Below, in pieces: positions 1-8,237 of a stretch of 64,000 nucleotides of DNA. Within the stretch, counting starts at the first letter, position 1. Each line of letters begins with the position of its first letter. The DNA lies in assembly GCA_963769025.1 (NCBI GenBank), contig CAVYKI010000012.1, forward strand, positions 288,001 to 352,000, written 5' to 3'. This DNA comes from an uncultured Verrucomicrobiae bacterium (lineage in GTDB: Bacteria; Verrucomicrobiota; Verrucomicrobiia; Chthoniobacterales; Chthoniobacteraceae). The notes under the pieces are model-generated. The model had not been told where the DNA came from and ran no database searches. It worked only from the letters and a program-made list of their open reading frames with translations. Both the position numbers and the translations under genes were made by a program.

Positions 1-339
1 CAGCCACGCCCGCACGCCATCGGCACCCGGTGCCTTTTCCTCCGGCGTAAAGTGCCCGCCGATCCAGCGATGGTAGAGCTTGGCAGCGAGCAGCGCAGCC
101 GCGGGCACGAACAGAAATCCGCTCGCTAGCATGATGATGTAGTCCAGTTCCTGCCGTCCGCGCGCCGACCGCAGGACGCCCTCCATCTGCTCGATCCGAT
201 AGGCCGTAATCGCACCGGCGACGATGAGCGACCCGATCCACACCATCGCCGCGTACCGGCGTTCCAGCCCGGTGAAGCGCTTGCAGATCCCGAAGAAGAA
301 AAACGCCGGAATGACGAATACAATGACGATGGGGGCCAT
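1..339 (-). CDS. Hypothetical integral membrane protein, 3' part outside the window
   Basis: Manual translation MAPIVIVFVIPAFFFFGICKRFTGLERRYAAMVWIGSLIVAG...LDYIIMLASGFLFVPAAALLAAKLY... is open to base 1 with three hydrophobic segments. Alternative in-frame GTG start at 387. Absent from the ORF track because it has no stop in the window. Confidence 0.65.
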   Translation of the reverse strand, partial: MAPIVIVFVIPAFFFFGICKRFTGLERRYAAMVWIGSLIVAGAITAYRIEQMEGVLRSARGRQELDYIIMLASGFLFVPAAALLAAKLYHRWIGGHFTPEEKAPGADGVRAWL

Positions 340-432
340 TCGCCGAATCCAGCACCGCAAGTCACCGCGGACAAGGTGGAAGATCACCCGCTCACCTGCC
401 CGCGACAGGCCCGCAAACTCACTCCGCCGCGG

Positions 433-639
433 TCAGCGCCACTCCAGCTTGTCGATGAAGACGTCGAATTCGCGGAGCTTTTCGTGCTGTTCCTTGAGTG
501 CCGCGATGAGCGCAGGCTCGGACTTCTCCTGCACGCTGACGATGCCCATTGCAAAACCATGGCGTTCCTTTTCGCCCGGCTTTTTCCAGTGATAGAAAAT
601 GCGGGCCCGGTAACTCTGCGTGGCGGATTCTTCGCTCAT
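433..639 (-). CDS. Small hypothetical protein (68 aa)
   Basis: Natural amino-acid composition, GC3-rich codons, co-oriented 51 bp downstream of the methyltransferase gene. Confidence 0.6.
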   Translation of the reverse strand: MSEESATQSYRARIFYHWKKPGEKERHGFAMGIVSVQEKSEPALIAALKEQHEKLREFDVFIDKLEWR

Positions 640-690
640 GGGTTCTGAAGGATGAACAACGAAAGGCTCAGTGAAAAATGGGGCTCAGTC

Positions 691-3084
691 CTACGGTTTC
701 TCGACGGTGAAGATGAGCACGTAGCGTTGCGGGACGAACTGGGCGTATGAGGAAAACTTGAACCCGTAATGCGTGAGCTGGGCAATCAACAACTCCTTGG
801 CGATGCGCGGGCCGTAGTAGCCCCCGGCCTTGTCGGAAAGCGGCATATTGTCCGCGATCACCAGCTTGCCGCCGGGCTTGAGCGCCTTCCGCAGGCTGGC
901 GACGAATCCGTCCCGCACATACTCCAGCGAATTCACGTAGCTCGCGTGGTAGAGCGAGCACAGGAAAGCCATGTCGATTGAGTTTTCCGGCAGCGTGGCG
1001 TCGTTTTCCTTCGAAGGGACCGTCGTGATGTTGCCGATGCCCGCCGCCCGCGCGGAGCGGTCGAGGTTCGCCAACTGGTCCTTCACCAAGTCCAACGCAT
1101 AGACAGTCCCGCCCTTGCCGACGAGATTTGCGAACTTGAAGCTGAAATAACCCGCCCCGCTGCCCACGTCGGCGACCGTCTGGCCGGGCTTGATGTCGAG
1201 GATTCCGAGCATCTGGTCGGTGTGCTCCCAGTTCGCGCGCCGGGGATTCATGAAAGTGAGATATTCCCACCATTCGAGCAACGTATCCACGGGGATATCC
1301 AGCGGAAGGAGAGGATAAGGCGCCGGCTGGGCATCGGTGTCCTCGGTGGATCTTTTTGTCACGACGGGCGCGGGCCCACCCTTGTTCACATTGCCCGTGG
1401 CCGTCAGCGTGCGCGGACTTGCAGGACCCTCGGTGGGCAGGGCTTCAGTCATCACGCCGAGGGAGCGGAGACGCACCGCCTCCTTGTCGCTCAGTTCCTC
1501 CAGCTTGGGCTTCAGTTCCTCGAGGACGTATTTGTTCTTCAGGTACGTGGTCAGCCTCTTGAAATCGTCGCCTGCGAAAAACGCCGCGTAATCGGCGACC
1601 AGCAGGTCCGGAATGAGCTTTTTCCGCTCTGCTTCCGGTGCGAGTGCATAGTCGCAGAACCACTGCAACGCGGCATACTCGTCGCCGATCCGCTCCTTCG
1701 GAATAAGGACGTCGAACATCTCACGCGCGCTCTTCAGCTTTGCAGGATCTTTCTTCCTGAAGCCTTCGAGCATCACCTCCGCCGCCGCGCGTCCCGCAGT
1801 GGTGAAGGTGCCAGTCGAGCCGGCCACCTGGGAGCGCAGCAGGGAACGCCGGGAAAGCACGCGGATTTTCGCCGGGTCGCCATCCACGATCTCGGCGATG
1901 CCAGGGGTCGCGGGGAGCTTGGCGAGGTCATTCACGATGAGTCCTCCCTTCGGGATTTCGAGGGTCGGAGTGGCGGGCGGTGCCTCTCCAGGCTTCGGCG
2001 CCTCCGGCCTCAACTTGAACACGAGCACGTAACGCTGCGGGATGAACTGGTGGGTTCCCGCCAGTTCAAATCCCATGTGCTTGAACTGATCGATGATCAA
2101 CTCCCTCGCGATATACGGTCCGTGATAGGGCAGCTTCCCTTCCACCGGTCCGTTGTCGGCGAGCACAAACCTCGCGTCCGGCTTCATGGCTGCCTTCACG
2201 CTGTCGATCATCGCGGTCCGCTCCTCGTCGGACATGATGGCGTAGAGGTTATGGTAAAGGGAGCACATGAAAAGGAGGTCCACCTTTTCCGGGACGCCGA
2301 TGTCCCCCTCGCGCGGCATGACCGGAAAGACGTTCGGGACCTTCAGTTCGGCGATGGTTTTTTTGAGGTACGCGAGGTGGTTGTCGTTGTTATCGATCGC
2401 GTAAACCTTCCCCGTCGGTCCGACAAGCTTCGCAAATTGAAAGGAGAAATAGCCCGGACCGCTGCCTATGTCGGCCACCTTCTCGCCCGGCTTCAGCTCC
2501 ATCGAGGCGATCATCTTGCTGGTCTTCTCCCACAGCTCGCGACGCGGGTTGGCGAAGAGGATGAAGTCCTCCATGAAGCGGCTCCGCGTGGCTGCATCGG
2601 AATCCTGTTTTTGTCCGGGGACTTCGTCGAGGTGGTACTTGCTGCGGATGAACTCGCGGAAATTCTTCCAGTCATCGGCAGCCAGGAAGTCGCGGAAACT
2701 GCGGACGAACGGGTCGGCCAGGAATTCCTCTTTGCGGACATGCTCGGGAGCGAGTTCGCATTCCATCAGCCACTGCAGGGCGGTGTACTCGCCGCCGAAA
2801 TTTTCATCGGGGATGATGCGCGAGTAAATCGCGATGGCGTTTTTCGCAGCCGACCGGTCACCCTTTTCCAAGAACTTCAGGACATCCCTCGCCGCATCTT
2901 TCCCTCCGTCAGTCACATCAAAGGAATCCAGGCTTCCCAAATGAAGCAGCGAAGTCTTGGACGTGACATTGATGACGCTGCCCTTGATATCCGCCGGCTT
3001 TTCCGAGGCGAATCCCGATGTTGGCAGCAGGCCAAAAATGAGAAGGATTGAGGCGATCTGGGGGCGGAATGCCGCGGTGTTCAT
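691..3084 (-). CDS. Tandem double class I SAM-dependent methyltransferase with predicted signal peptide
   Basis: Two SAM-binding motifs, VADIGSGPGYF (about 2452-2472) and VADVGSGAGYF (about 1150-1170). Each half also has NPRRxxWE, CSLYH, ADN and QFxPQRYVL. Likely start MNTAAFRPQIASILLIFGLLPTSGFA|SE at 3084; the ORF track extends it to 3198. Confidence 0.85.
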   Translation of the reverse strand: MNTAAFRPQIASILLIFGLLPTSGFASEKPADIKGSVINVTSKTSLLHLGSLDSFDVTDGGKDAARDVLKFLEKGDRSAAKNAIAIYSRIIPDENFGGEYTALQWLMECELAPEHVRKEEFLADPFVRSFRDFLAADDWKNFREFIRSKYHLDEVPGQKQDSDAATRSRFMEDFILFANPRRELWEKTSKMIASMELKPGEKVADIGSGPGYFSFQFAKLVGPTGKVYAIDNNDNHLAYLKKTIAELKVPNVFPVMPREGDIGVPEKVDLLFMCSLYHNLYAIMSDEERTAMIDSVKAAMKPDARFVLADNGPVEGKLPYHGPYIARELIIDQFKHMGFELAGTHQFIPQRYVLVFKLRPEAPKPGEAPPATPTLEIPKGGLIVNDLAKLPATPGIAEIVDGDPAKIRVLSRRSLLRSQVAGSTGTFTTAGRAAAEVMLEGFRKKDPAKLKSAREMFDVLIPKERIGDEYAALQWFCDYALAPEAERKKLIPDLLVADYAAFFAGDDFKRLTTYLKNKYVLEELKPKLEELSDKEAVRLRSLGVMTEALPTEGPASPRTLTATGNVNKGGPAPVVTKRSTEDTDAQPAPYPLLPLDIPVDTLLEWWEYLTFMNPRRANWEHTDQMLGILDIKPGQTVADVGSGAGYFSFKFANLVGKGGTVYALDLVKDQLANLDRSARAAGIGNITTVPSKENDATLPENSIDMAFLCSLYHASYVNSLEYVRDGFVASLRKALKPGGKLVIADNMPLSDKAGGYYGPRIAKELLIAQLTHYGFKFSSYAQFVPQRYVLIFTVEKP

Positions 3085-3252
3085 AAGGTAGGTATCGATT
3101 CGGCGAAGGAGGCGGACATGCGCGACCTGTACTGCCGTTGTGTCTGCGGCTGACGCGTTGTCACGACAGTCCGGTTGCCACCAAAGCACAAGTCCCAAGT
3201 GTCAGACGGGGACTCTCACCCGGCAGTTCCGCACGATGGTTTGCGCAGCGAC

Positions 3253-4779
3253 TCAGGCTTGCGAATCAAACAGTGTTTGATTCAGGTAGGGATTCAGCGG
3301 CCCCTCTGCGTACTCCGAGCGCGGGTATGGGACGAAGTCGGCGCTGTGGAACTGCTGCGCGACTTCGTCGGCAAAGAATGCGCCGAGCTTGGTGACGCCG
3401 AGCGAACGGTCCGGCGTCTCCTGCACGAGCCCAGCGGCCTTCAGCGCCTCGATCTTGCCGCGGAAAACCTCGTCCAAGCCGAGGCCGGTGAGCCGGCGGT
3501 AGTTCGAAGTGCGGACATCGCGGTTCTTAATCGGCAGGACGATGGCCCACCGCGCCTGATCCTCGGCGTTGCGGCGGTAGCCACGATTGATCGGCAGGTG
3601 ACCGCTCTCGATGAGCGAGTAGTACTCGTCGAAGTTCTGGGTGCAGAGCGCGAACCGGTCGCGCATGCTGCTGAACGCCGTCAGGCCGATGCCGATCTGG
3701 TCGAACTGCACGCAGCACTGGTTGTGCGCGTAGACCGAGTAGTCGCCACGGCGGCGCGAGAAGACGCGGCGCAGGTTCTCGGTGTAGCCGTAGTGATTCA
3801 GCATGAGAATCGCAGCCTGCTTCATGATGAACTGCGTCTCGTTGTCCGGGTATTCCTCCGGCCTGCTGTTCACGTAGTTCTTCACCGCTCCTTGGTGGTC
3901 GCCGTAGGCCTCGATCTTCAGGCGATAGAGCTGAATCTCATGCACGCCGAGCTTGCAGGCTTGCTCGATCACATCGAGCCAGTTTTCCAGCGTCTGGCCG
4001 AGGTAACCGAAGATGAACTCGATGTTCACCATGAAGCCGGCGTCGAGCGTTTCCTTGATCGCCTGGAGTGCTTCATTCGGGCCGTGGTGGCGTCCCATTT
4101 TCTTGAGGATGGTCGAGTTCAGCGACTGGACGCCGATGGTCAGCCGGTCCACGCCGTACTCGCGCATCACGGCGAGGCGCTTTTCGCCATCGGGGCCGAT
4201 GAGCGTGTTCGGATCCACGTCGTAGTTGAACTGGCGGCAGATGGACATGTCCACGCGCTCGCAGAAGCCGTCGAGGAAGCGGCGGAACTGATCCACGGTG
4301 AGGAAGGTCGGTGTGCCGCCGCCCACGAGGATCGAGCGGGCCTTGATGCGGTCCACGCCGAGGCGGTTGCGCCAGATGTCCGTCTCCTTCATGAAGGCGT
4401 CGATGTACTTCGACTTTTCGTCGAGCTGCGGCCCGAGCTTCACCGGGTAGTGGCAGAAGACGCAGTGTGAATTGCAAAACGGCACGTGCGCGTAGATGTC
4501 TACCGCGCCGTCGTCCGGCAGCTTGTAGCCTTCGAGCAGTTCGTCATCCGTCATCGGCGGATACATCGTGATCGGCGGGTAATGGACGGACGGGTAAAAA
4601 TCACCCTTCTTGTTGATAAGCCCCGCGTCGCGGAGACGGCGGAAATCTTCGACTCGCTCCTTCGCCTTTTCGATCAGCGCCGCACGGTCCACCGGACCGG
4701 CGTCACAGGGCGGCGGCGGCAGATGCGGACGGAGGAGTTTCGGGTTGATGCCAGTGGGTTCGAGCAGTGCAGCGTTCAT
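3253..4779 (-). CDS. HemN/coproporphyrinogen III oxidase-like radical SAM protein (class C methyltransferase-like family)
   Basis: YAHVPFCNSHCVFC (CxxxCxxC), GGGTPT, GVDRLTIGVQS, IGIGLTAFS and a HemN_C-like tail. Confidence 0.85.
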   Translation of the reverse strand: MNAALLEPTGINPKLLRPHLPPPPCDAGPVDRAALIEKAKERVEDFRRLRDAGLINKKGDFYPSVHYPPITMYPPMTDDELLEGYKLPDDGAVDIYAHVPFCNSHCVFCHYPVKLGPQLDEKSKYIDAFMKETDIWRNRLGVDRIKARSILVGGGTPTFLTVDQFRRFLDGFCERVDMSICRQFNYDVDPNTLIGPDGEKRLAVMREYGVDRLTIGVQSLNSTILKKMGRHHGPNEALQAIKETLDAGFMVNIEFIFGYLGQTLENWLDVIEQACKLGVHEIQLYRLKIEAYGDHQGAVKNYVNSRPEEYPDNETQFIMKQAAILMLNHYGYTENLRRVFSRRRGDYSVYAHNQCCVQFDQIGIGLTAFSSMRDRFALCTQNFDEYYSLIESGHLPINRGYRRNAEDQARWAIVLPIKNRDVRTSNYRRLTGLGLDEVFRGKIEALKAAGLVQETPDRSLGVTKLGAFFADEVAQQFHSADFVPYPRSEYAEGPLNPYLNQTLFDSQA

Positions 4780-4819
4780 CGGCGTGGGTTGTTTGTTGGA
4801 AACGGGTTGTGGTTGAGAG

Positions 4820-5869
4820 TTAAATCAGCGGGGCTTTTCCAAAAGTGAGCTTCGCATCGTGGACGAAAGTTTCGCAGCGCGCAAAGCCGGGCGAGCAGCG
4901 ATCCGTGGAGTAAATCGGGAAGAGCTTCTTGAATTCGTCCGGGGTGCCGTCGTGAATCGTCACCGTGTTTGCGCCAGCCATGAGCCCCATGAGCTGTCCG
5001 CCCTTTTTGCCGCGTTCGAGGCAGCTGGTGGTGGGCATCAGACGATGCGGATACATGATCCGCATGAGCGCCATCTGGTTCAGAGCGATCTCCACGTCTC
5101 CCATGGGCTGCGTGCTGTAGTTGCACATCTCGCCGGGGATGAAAACCGTGCAGCTCATCATCGAGAGATTGTATTTCCCGAGCAGGAGGATGTCGTCGAT
5201 CACGTCGTCCATCGACTGGCCGGGCATGCCGACCATGTTGCCGGTGCCAACCTTGAAGCCCACATCGACCAAGTCTTGGAGGCACGCGAGCCGCTTGTCG
5301 AGGGTGTCGCTGGGCTTCCACGTCGAATACAGCGTGGGGCTCGATGACTCGAATTTAAGAATGTAGCGGTCTGCGCCGGCTTCCTTGAGGCGGACGTATT
5401 GCTCGTGGCTGAGATTGCCCATGCAGAGGATGATCTCGAGGTCGGGATGCCTGCTTTTGATCTCCGTGAGGCACTTCGCCGTATATTCGATGAACCCCTT
5501 CGAGCTGTTCTCGCCGGACTGGAGAAGGATGACGCGGCGACCCCTCTCATACAAAAAGTCCACCTGCTCCATGAGCGGGTCAATTTTGATGACGTAGCGC
5601 TTGAGCTTCGATTCCTTCGCCATGCTGCAGTAGTTGCAACTCTGCTGGCAGACGTTCGAGAGCTCGATGACGCTTCGCGTTTCCACTTCGCGCGCCGGCC
5701 ATTCGGCGTCGCGGCGTTCGCGGGCGAGGGCGAAGAGTTTTTCCTGGTCCGAGCCGCGTGCAAGGAGACCCCGGCGGAGCGTCTCCCTCGAATAATCCCC
5801 TGCTGCGAGGGCTTCCACAAATGACACTGAGGACTGTGCATCGGTGTCTTGAATCAATGTCGTAATCAT
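4820..5869 (-). CDS. HydE/PylB/BioB-family radical SAM protein
   Basis: IELSNVCQQSCNYCSM, ILLQSGE, LKEAGADRYILKFE, GTGNMVGMPGQ, ALMRIMYP...PTTS, GLMAGAN. Strong RBS AAAGGAGG at 5879-5886. Confidence 0.85.
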   Translation of the reverse strand: MITTLIQDTDAQSSVSFVEALAAGDYSRETLRRGLLARGSDQEKLFALARERRDAEWPAREVETRSVIELSNVCQQSCNYCSMAKESKLKRYVIKIDPLMEQVDFLYERGRRVILLQSGENSSKGFIEYTAKCLTEIKSRHPDLEIILCMGNLSHEQYVRLKEAGADRYILKFESSSPTLYSTWKPSDTLDKRLACLQDLVDVGFKVGTGNMVGMPGQSMDDVIDDILLLGKYNLSMMSCTVFIPGEMCNYSTQPMGDVEIALNQMALMRIMYPHRLMPTTSCLERGKKGGQLMGLMAGANTVTIHDGTPDEFKKLFPIYSTDRCSPGFARCETFVHDAKLTFGKAPLI

Positions 5870-5906
5870 CGGTTAGAGCCTCCTTTAATTCGGTTGGTGT
5901 TGTAAA

Positions 5907-5932
5907 GATTCCGTTAAGAGCGAGACGGAATC
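5907..5932 (-). promoter_or_regulatory. Hairpin in the 5' leader of the radical SAM cluster (possible attenuator or terminator)
   Basis: Perfect 8-bp stem GATTCCGT/ACGGAATC followed by TTTA on the minus strand, about 20 nt before the RBS. Confidence 0.35.
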
Positions 5933-6243
5933 AAGGGTTAAAGTTCCGGAGGTTTAAAAGAGACGCGTCCACGCACCGGATATTCGATATTCCTCGCCGA
6001 CCCAGTCGCCCGACAAACGCTCGACGACCCAGTGCATGAGTCAAAGGCAGCCGGTGGGTGCCATCCAGATGCTGCCTCTGGGCGACGCGAACGAACAAAA
6101 ACCGGACACTCAGCACGGACATATCAGGGATACAGCAACCTAAAACTGGCGCGCCCACCTCGTTCAGATTCGGACAAAAACCGGGATTACGGACGAAGTT
6201 TTCCTATCGGCGCGACAGCGAAACGTTTCTGCCGCACAGCAGT

Positions 6244-7122
6244 TCAGGCGTTGCAGAGCACGATCACCCCGCCGAGGGCTGTGAGAGTGCCGACGATCTG
6301 CAGCGGCGTGATCTTTTCCTTCAACACGATCGCCGCGAGCGGCAGCACGAATACGGGCTCCAGCGAAATCAGCGTGTTCGCGATGGCGACCGGCAGGAAT
6401 TTGATCGCCACGAGCGAAAGCCAGAAGCCGCCGAACGTCACCACGCACACGGCGACGAGGAACGAGCCCGCGAGGCGGGCTTCACGGAATGATCCCATCC
6501 ATTCTCCGAGCCGCCGCGTGCACAGCCCAAAGAGCGCGAGCCCCACGGCGCCCGCAGCCATCCTCACAAAAGTGCCCTGCATCGCCGATGCGGTCTCGAG
6601 TCCTTCCTTTGCCATGATGACGGAAACGGACATGCAGATCACCGACAGCATCCCGAGCACGATTCCGCGGACGCGCGAAGGCTGGCGGGGGCCGGAGAGG
6701 TTCGCCCAAAGCACGATCGTCACGCCGACCAGAACGCACGCGATTCCGCCCCACGCGGCTGCGGATGGCCTTTCGCCGAGGAACACGAGCGCGAGCACCG
6801 CGGTGAAAACCTGCCCCACCATCATCAGCACGACGAGCGTCTGCGGCCCGAGGTGGCGGAGGGCCGCGAAAAACAGGGTGTCCCCGACGGCGATCCCGAC
6901 CAAACCGCTCGCGATCATCAGCCACAGGTTTTGCGGAGTCACGCTGCTGTAGCCGAGGAAAAGCAGCGCGATGCCGACGAATACGACGCTGACCGCCGAC
7001 TTCACCAGCGTCATCGCGAGCGGCGACATGCTTTCGCCGATGCGCTTGAAAAGGATCGCCCCGAGTGCCCACGAGGCCGCGGACCCTAGCGCGGCGGCGA
7101 TGCCGAGTGCGGACGTCGTCAT
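6244..7122 (-). CDS. EamA/DMT family transporter
   Basis: About 10 TM helices in two repeats; motifs GIAVGDTLFFAAL, LVFLGE, IVLKEKIT. Confidence 0.9.
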   Translation of the reverse strand: MTTSALGIAAALGSAASWALGAILFKRIGESMSPLAMTLVKSAVSVVFVGIALLFLGYSSVTPQNLWLMIASGLVGIAVGDTLFFAALRHLGPQTLVVLMMVGQVFTAVLALVFLGERPSAAAWGGIACVLVGVTIVLWANLSGPRQPSRVRGIVLGMLSVICMSVSVIMAKEGLETASAMQGTFVRMAAGAVGLALFGLCTRRLGEWMGSFREARLAGSFLVAVCVVTFGGFWLSLVAIKFLPVAIANTLISLEPVFVLPLAAIVLKEKITPLQIVGTLTALGGVIVLCNA

Positions 7123-7268
7123 CCTCGGAGGTCTCCCGCCTGTGATGCCGAATGCGGACGGCGGGAATGAGCGTGTGTGGACATCAGGAAACGGAGCAGG
7201 ACAACGTGCGCGGCAAAGTGCGCGGGAGTAAATGGAGCGACCACATGGCAGTCAAGGTTCCGCACGCT

Positions 7269-8228
7269 TCACTCCGCAATCGCGTAGCGTCCCATGCTGC
7301 GCGACTGGTAGAGTTCGCCCTTGGACCAGATGCAGCCCTCGACATGCGGCGCCTGCTCGATCAAAGGCAGCCCGGCTTCCCGCCCGAGCACGAATGCAAC
7401 CGTCGAGAGCACGCCGGCTTCCGTGCAGGTCGGCGCGATGACCGTGACGCTCTGGCAGCCGTTATCCACCGGCCAGCCGGTACGCGGATCGAGGATGTGT
7501 GTGAATGAACGCCCGTCGATCTCGAACGCCCGGAGGTAGCCGCCCGAAGTCGTCACGGCGCGATCCTTAACGGCGACGCCGCCCCAGCAGCGCTGCGGGT
7601 CGAGCGGGTGCTCGAGCCCGACGCGCCATTCGCCACCACCCGGCGCCTCGCCGCTCACGCGCAGATCGCGTCCGAAATCCACACAGATGTCCTTGATGGT
7701 CCACTGCCGGCTTTGTTCGAAAATCCGATCCACCGCGTACTCCTTCCCGATTCCGCCAAGGTCGATTCCCATTCCCGCCTCGGGCAGGAAGATCCCCCCG
7801 CTGCGGCGTTGCACCTTGCCCCAGCCGGTGAGCGCGAGCGCGCGCGAAATTTCCCCCGGCGCCGGGATGACAGGCTTCTCCGCATGGTAGTCCCAGAGCC
7901 GCGCGATGGGGAGCGTGCTCGCATCAAAAACACCGCCGGTCCGCCACGTGAACCAGTCGCAGAGTTTCAGGATGCTCTCGAGTTCCGCGTCCGTCTCCAC
8001 CCAGTCGCGCCCGGCCATCGCGTTGATTTTTGAGATGAGGCTGTCGGCCCGGAATCGCGAATATTTCGCCTCGAAGTTCTCGACCCATGCGACGACGGCG
8101 CGGCGGAATTCCCCGGCGGCGCGCAGCGACGGCGCTCGGAAAATCACCTGGCAATGCGTTCCCATCGCGCGGAATTCGAGCCGATCGAAACCCGCGTCCG
8201 CACTGGATGGCGACCCCGTCGGCGACAT
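7269..8228 (-). CDS. apbE: FAD:protein FMN transferase
   Basis: AMGT, SRFRADSLISKIN, DLGGIGKEYAVD, VTTSGGY, HILDPRTGWP. Confidence 0.92.
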   Translation of the reverse strand: MSPTGSPSSADAGFDRLEFRAMGTHCQVIFRAPSLRAAGEFRRAVVAWVENFEAKYSRFRADSLISKINAMAGRDWVETDAELESILKLCDWFTWRTGGVFDASTLPIARLWDYHAEKPVIPAPGEISRALALTGWGKVQRRSGGIFLPEAGMGIDLGGIGKEYAVDRIFEQSRQWTIKDICVDFGRDLRVSGEAPGGGEWRVGLEHPLDPQRCWGGVAVKDRAVTTSGGYLRAFEIDGRSFTHILDPRTGWPVDNGCQSVTVIAPTCTEAGVLSTVAFVLGREAGLPLIEQAPHVEGCIWSKGELYQSRSMGRYAIAE

Positions 8229-8237
8229 TGCCGGAGA

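Noticed and set aside
3085..3252. Possible RiPP precursor peptide for the radical SAM enzymes
   Set aside because: No convincing small ORF with an RBS, and neither enzyme shows a SPASM/twitch or RRE domain.
1222..4470. Long plus-strand ORFs (609 aa and 431 aa) opposite the methyltransferase and radical SAM genes
   Set aside because: Antisense shadows typical of high-GC coding DNA; no motifs. The same applies to most other overlapping ORFs in the track.
4820..5869. Calling this gene hydE, pylB or bioB
   Set aside because: Partner genes are absent from the window and the pocket motifs diverge; only a family-level call is supported.
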